A DNA stretch of 64,000 nucleotides from Mobula hypostoma (lineage: Eukaryota): the NCBI RefSeq assembly GCF_963921235.1, contig NC_086115.1:24676001-24740000 (forward strand). Reading direction: 5' to 3'. Positions 62,353-64,000 of this stretch are shown one piece after another (position 1 is the stretch's first letter; each line of letters begins with the position of its first letter). The position numbers and the translations under genes are program-made. The notes under the pieces are model-generated. The model was not told where the DNA came from, made no database searches, and worked only from the letters and a program-made list of their open reading frames with translations.

Positions 62353-63125
62353 TAAAACTGAGGGTTGTAAGCTTACTTTAGGAAAGAGCGAGGTGTGGCA
62401 TTGAGCTGCTGCTGTCTGTGATCTAACAGAATGATGGAGTGTGTTTAAGGGTCTCTATGGGCTTTCACCTGTATTCCTATGAACATAAATTAAGCTTCCT
62501 TAATTTATAGTCAGCATTTCAACAGGAATCTCTTGTATTTTTCCTCAACATAATGAGGAAAATGACTGATTTGAGGAAGTATTGGAGCTTACAGATGAAG
62601 TGTGAAAACATCCATTTGAGAATTAAACCATCTGTGGTGAAGGGGAACCTTCCATACAATCGGGTAAAATACACTCAAAATTGGCATGTAAGCTATTTTC
62701 ATACAATTTTTCAAATGAAGTTAGCTGTCATATGGAAGTGCTGTTGATTATATGATAGATAATCACTTGATTAATTACTACAGTCTATTCTTTTAAAGAT
62801 CATTGGTATTCTGGTCTGGTGAGTGTTAAATACAAGGGTCCAGGTACAATGTCCAGAAAGCCACCTTACTTGCAAAGTGGCAAGTCTGGACCAAACCTGA
62901 ATCACTGAAGGAGGACTGGCAGCTGTGGCAGGGCTTGAATGCTATCATCTCCTACAAAGCGAAACCAGGCGACATAGGCAGCCATTGGGCTCCTAGACCG
63001 GCTGCCACGCTGAACAAGGCTCCGTGGCTGTGGACACACTTCTGTGATCTCAGTAGTTCATGTGCTGCCTGTTATTTGTTTATCTTTTTTATTGTTTACA
63101 TGATTTGTCCTTTTTTTCTGCATAT

Positions 63126-63466
63126 TAAGGTTATGAGAGGCATTGGTCGTGTGGATAGTCAGAGGCTTTTTCCCAGGGCTGAAATGGTTGCCACATGAGG
63201 ACACAGGTTTAAGGTGCTGGGGAGCAGGTACAGAGGAGATGTCAGGGGTTTTTTACACAGAGAGTGGTGAGTGCGTGGAATGGACTGCTGGCAACGGTAG
63301 TGGAGGCAGATACGATAGGGTCTTTTAAGAGACGTTTGGATAGGTGCATTGAGCTAAGAAAAATAGAGGGCTATGGGTAACCCAAGTAATTTCTAAGGTA
63401 GGGACATGTTTGGCACAACTTTGTGGGCCGAAGGGCCTGTATTGTGCTGTAGGTTTTCTATGTTTC
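63126..63466 (+). mobile_element. CR1 3' end
   Basis: KVMRGIGRVDSQRLFPRAE; tail homologous to 10314-10472. Confidence 0.85.
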
Positions 63467-63841
63467 TACACTGGGTGTTTGACATTCTTTGCTGTGTGGG
63501 GTTCTGTTGTGGCTGCCTGCGAGAAAACGAATCGCAAGGCTGCGTATGGTATATGTACTTTGACAATGAATGTACTTTGAACTTTGGAAGATAGGGCTTC
63601 AATTCCCTCTGCTGTCTGGAAGGAGATTGTGCGTTTTCCCCGTGACCAGGCGGGTTTCCTCCTGGTGCTCCGGTTTAGTCGGTTAATTTGGCACATGAGT
63701 GTGATTGTGTGGCATGGGTTTGTTGCACCAGAAAGGCCTGTGGCACTGCTGTGTCTTTAAATAAAGAAGTATAATAATCCAGTCTAAAACAGGATTGGGG
63801 TGATGTACATTCAGCAAGAGGTGATAAGAAATCACCTTTAC

Positions 63842-64000
63842 AATTTCCAAGCAACACACATCAAAGTTGCTGGTGAACGCAGCAGGCCAGGCAGCATCTC
63901 TAGCAAGAGGTACAGTCGACGTTTCAGGCCGAGACCCTTCGTCAGGACTAACTGAAGGAAGAGCTAGTAAGAGATTTGAAAGTGGGGGGGGGGAGATCCA
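63842..64000 (-). mobile_element. Penelope family B terminal repeat with intact hammerhead-like core (63914-63949)
   Basis: Minus strand agtc-CTGACGA-a-gggtctcggcct-GAAA-cGTC-gact; close match to 50190-50330. Confidence 0.8.

Overview
This is eukaryotic, repeat-dense DNA. Its repeat repertoire (V-type tRNA SINEs, abundant CR1, Rex1/Babar and Penelope 3' ends) suggests a cartilaginous fish, probably a ray; that assignment is inference. I see no intact protein-coding gene, rRNA, tRNA gene or CRISPR array. Almost every ORF in the track is a transposon fragment or noise. Identifiable elements: many CR1, Rex1/Babar, L2 and RTE LINE fragments; one R4/Dong-like LINE; a nearly full-length Mag-clade Gypsy retrotransposon with 94-bp LTRs (22750-27808); two solo LTRs; Tc1, hAT and Harbinger remnants; and a 1.35-kb 17/18-bp satellite. 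Three signals stand out. (1) Minimal hammerhead ribozyme motifs sit at the ends of two different Penelope-like families, often in inverted pairs, with three near-intact copies (9358-9400, 50217-50252, 63914-63949). (2) A degenerate twister-ribozyme core lies in an RTE-derived element near 33800. (3) A chain of minus-strand exon-like segments (~62.6 kb down to ~29 kb), with good splice sites, partly compatible phases and scattered stops, may be an unidentified decaying gene. Boundaries and mismatch counts were read by eye; they are approximate unless a target-site duplication (TSD) or splice site is quoted.
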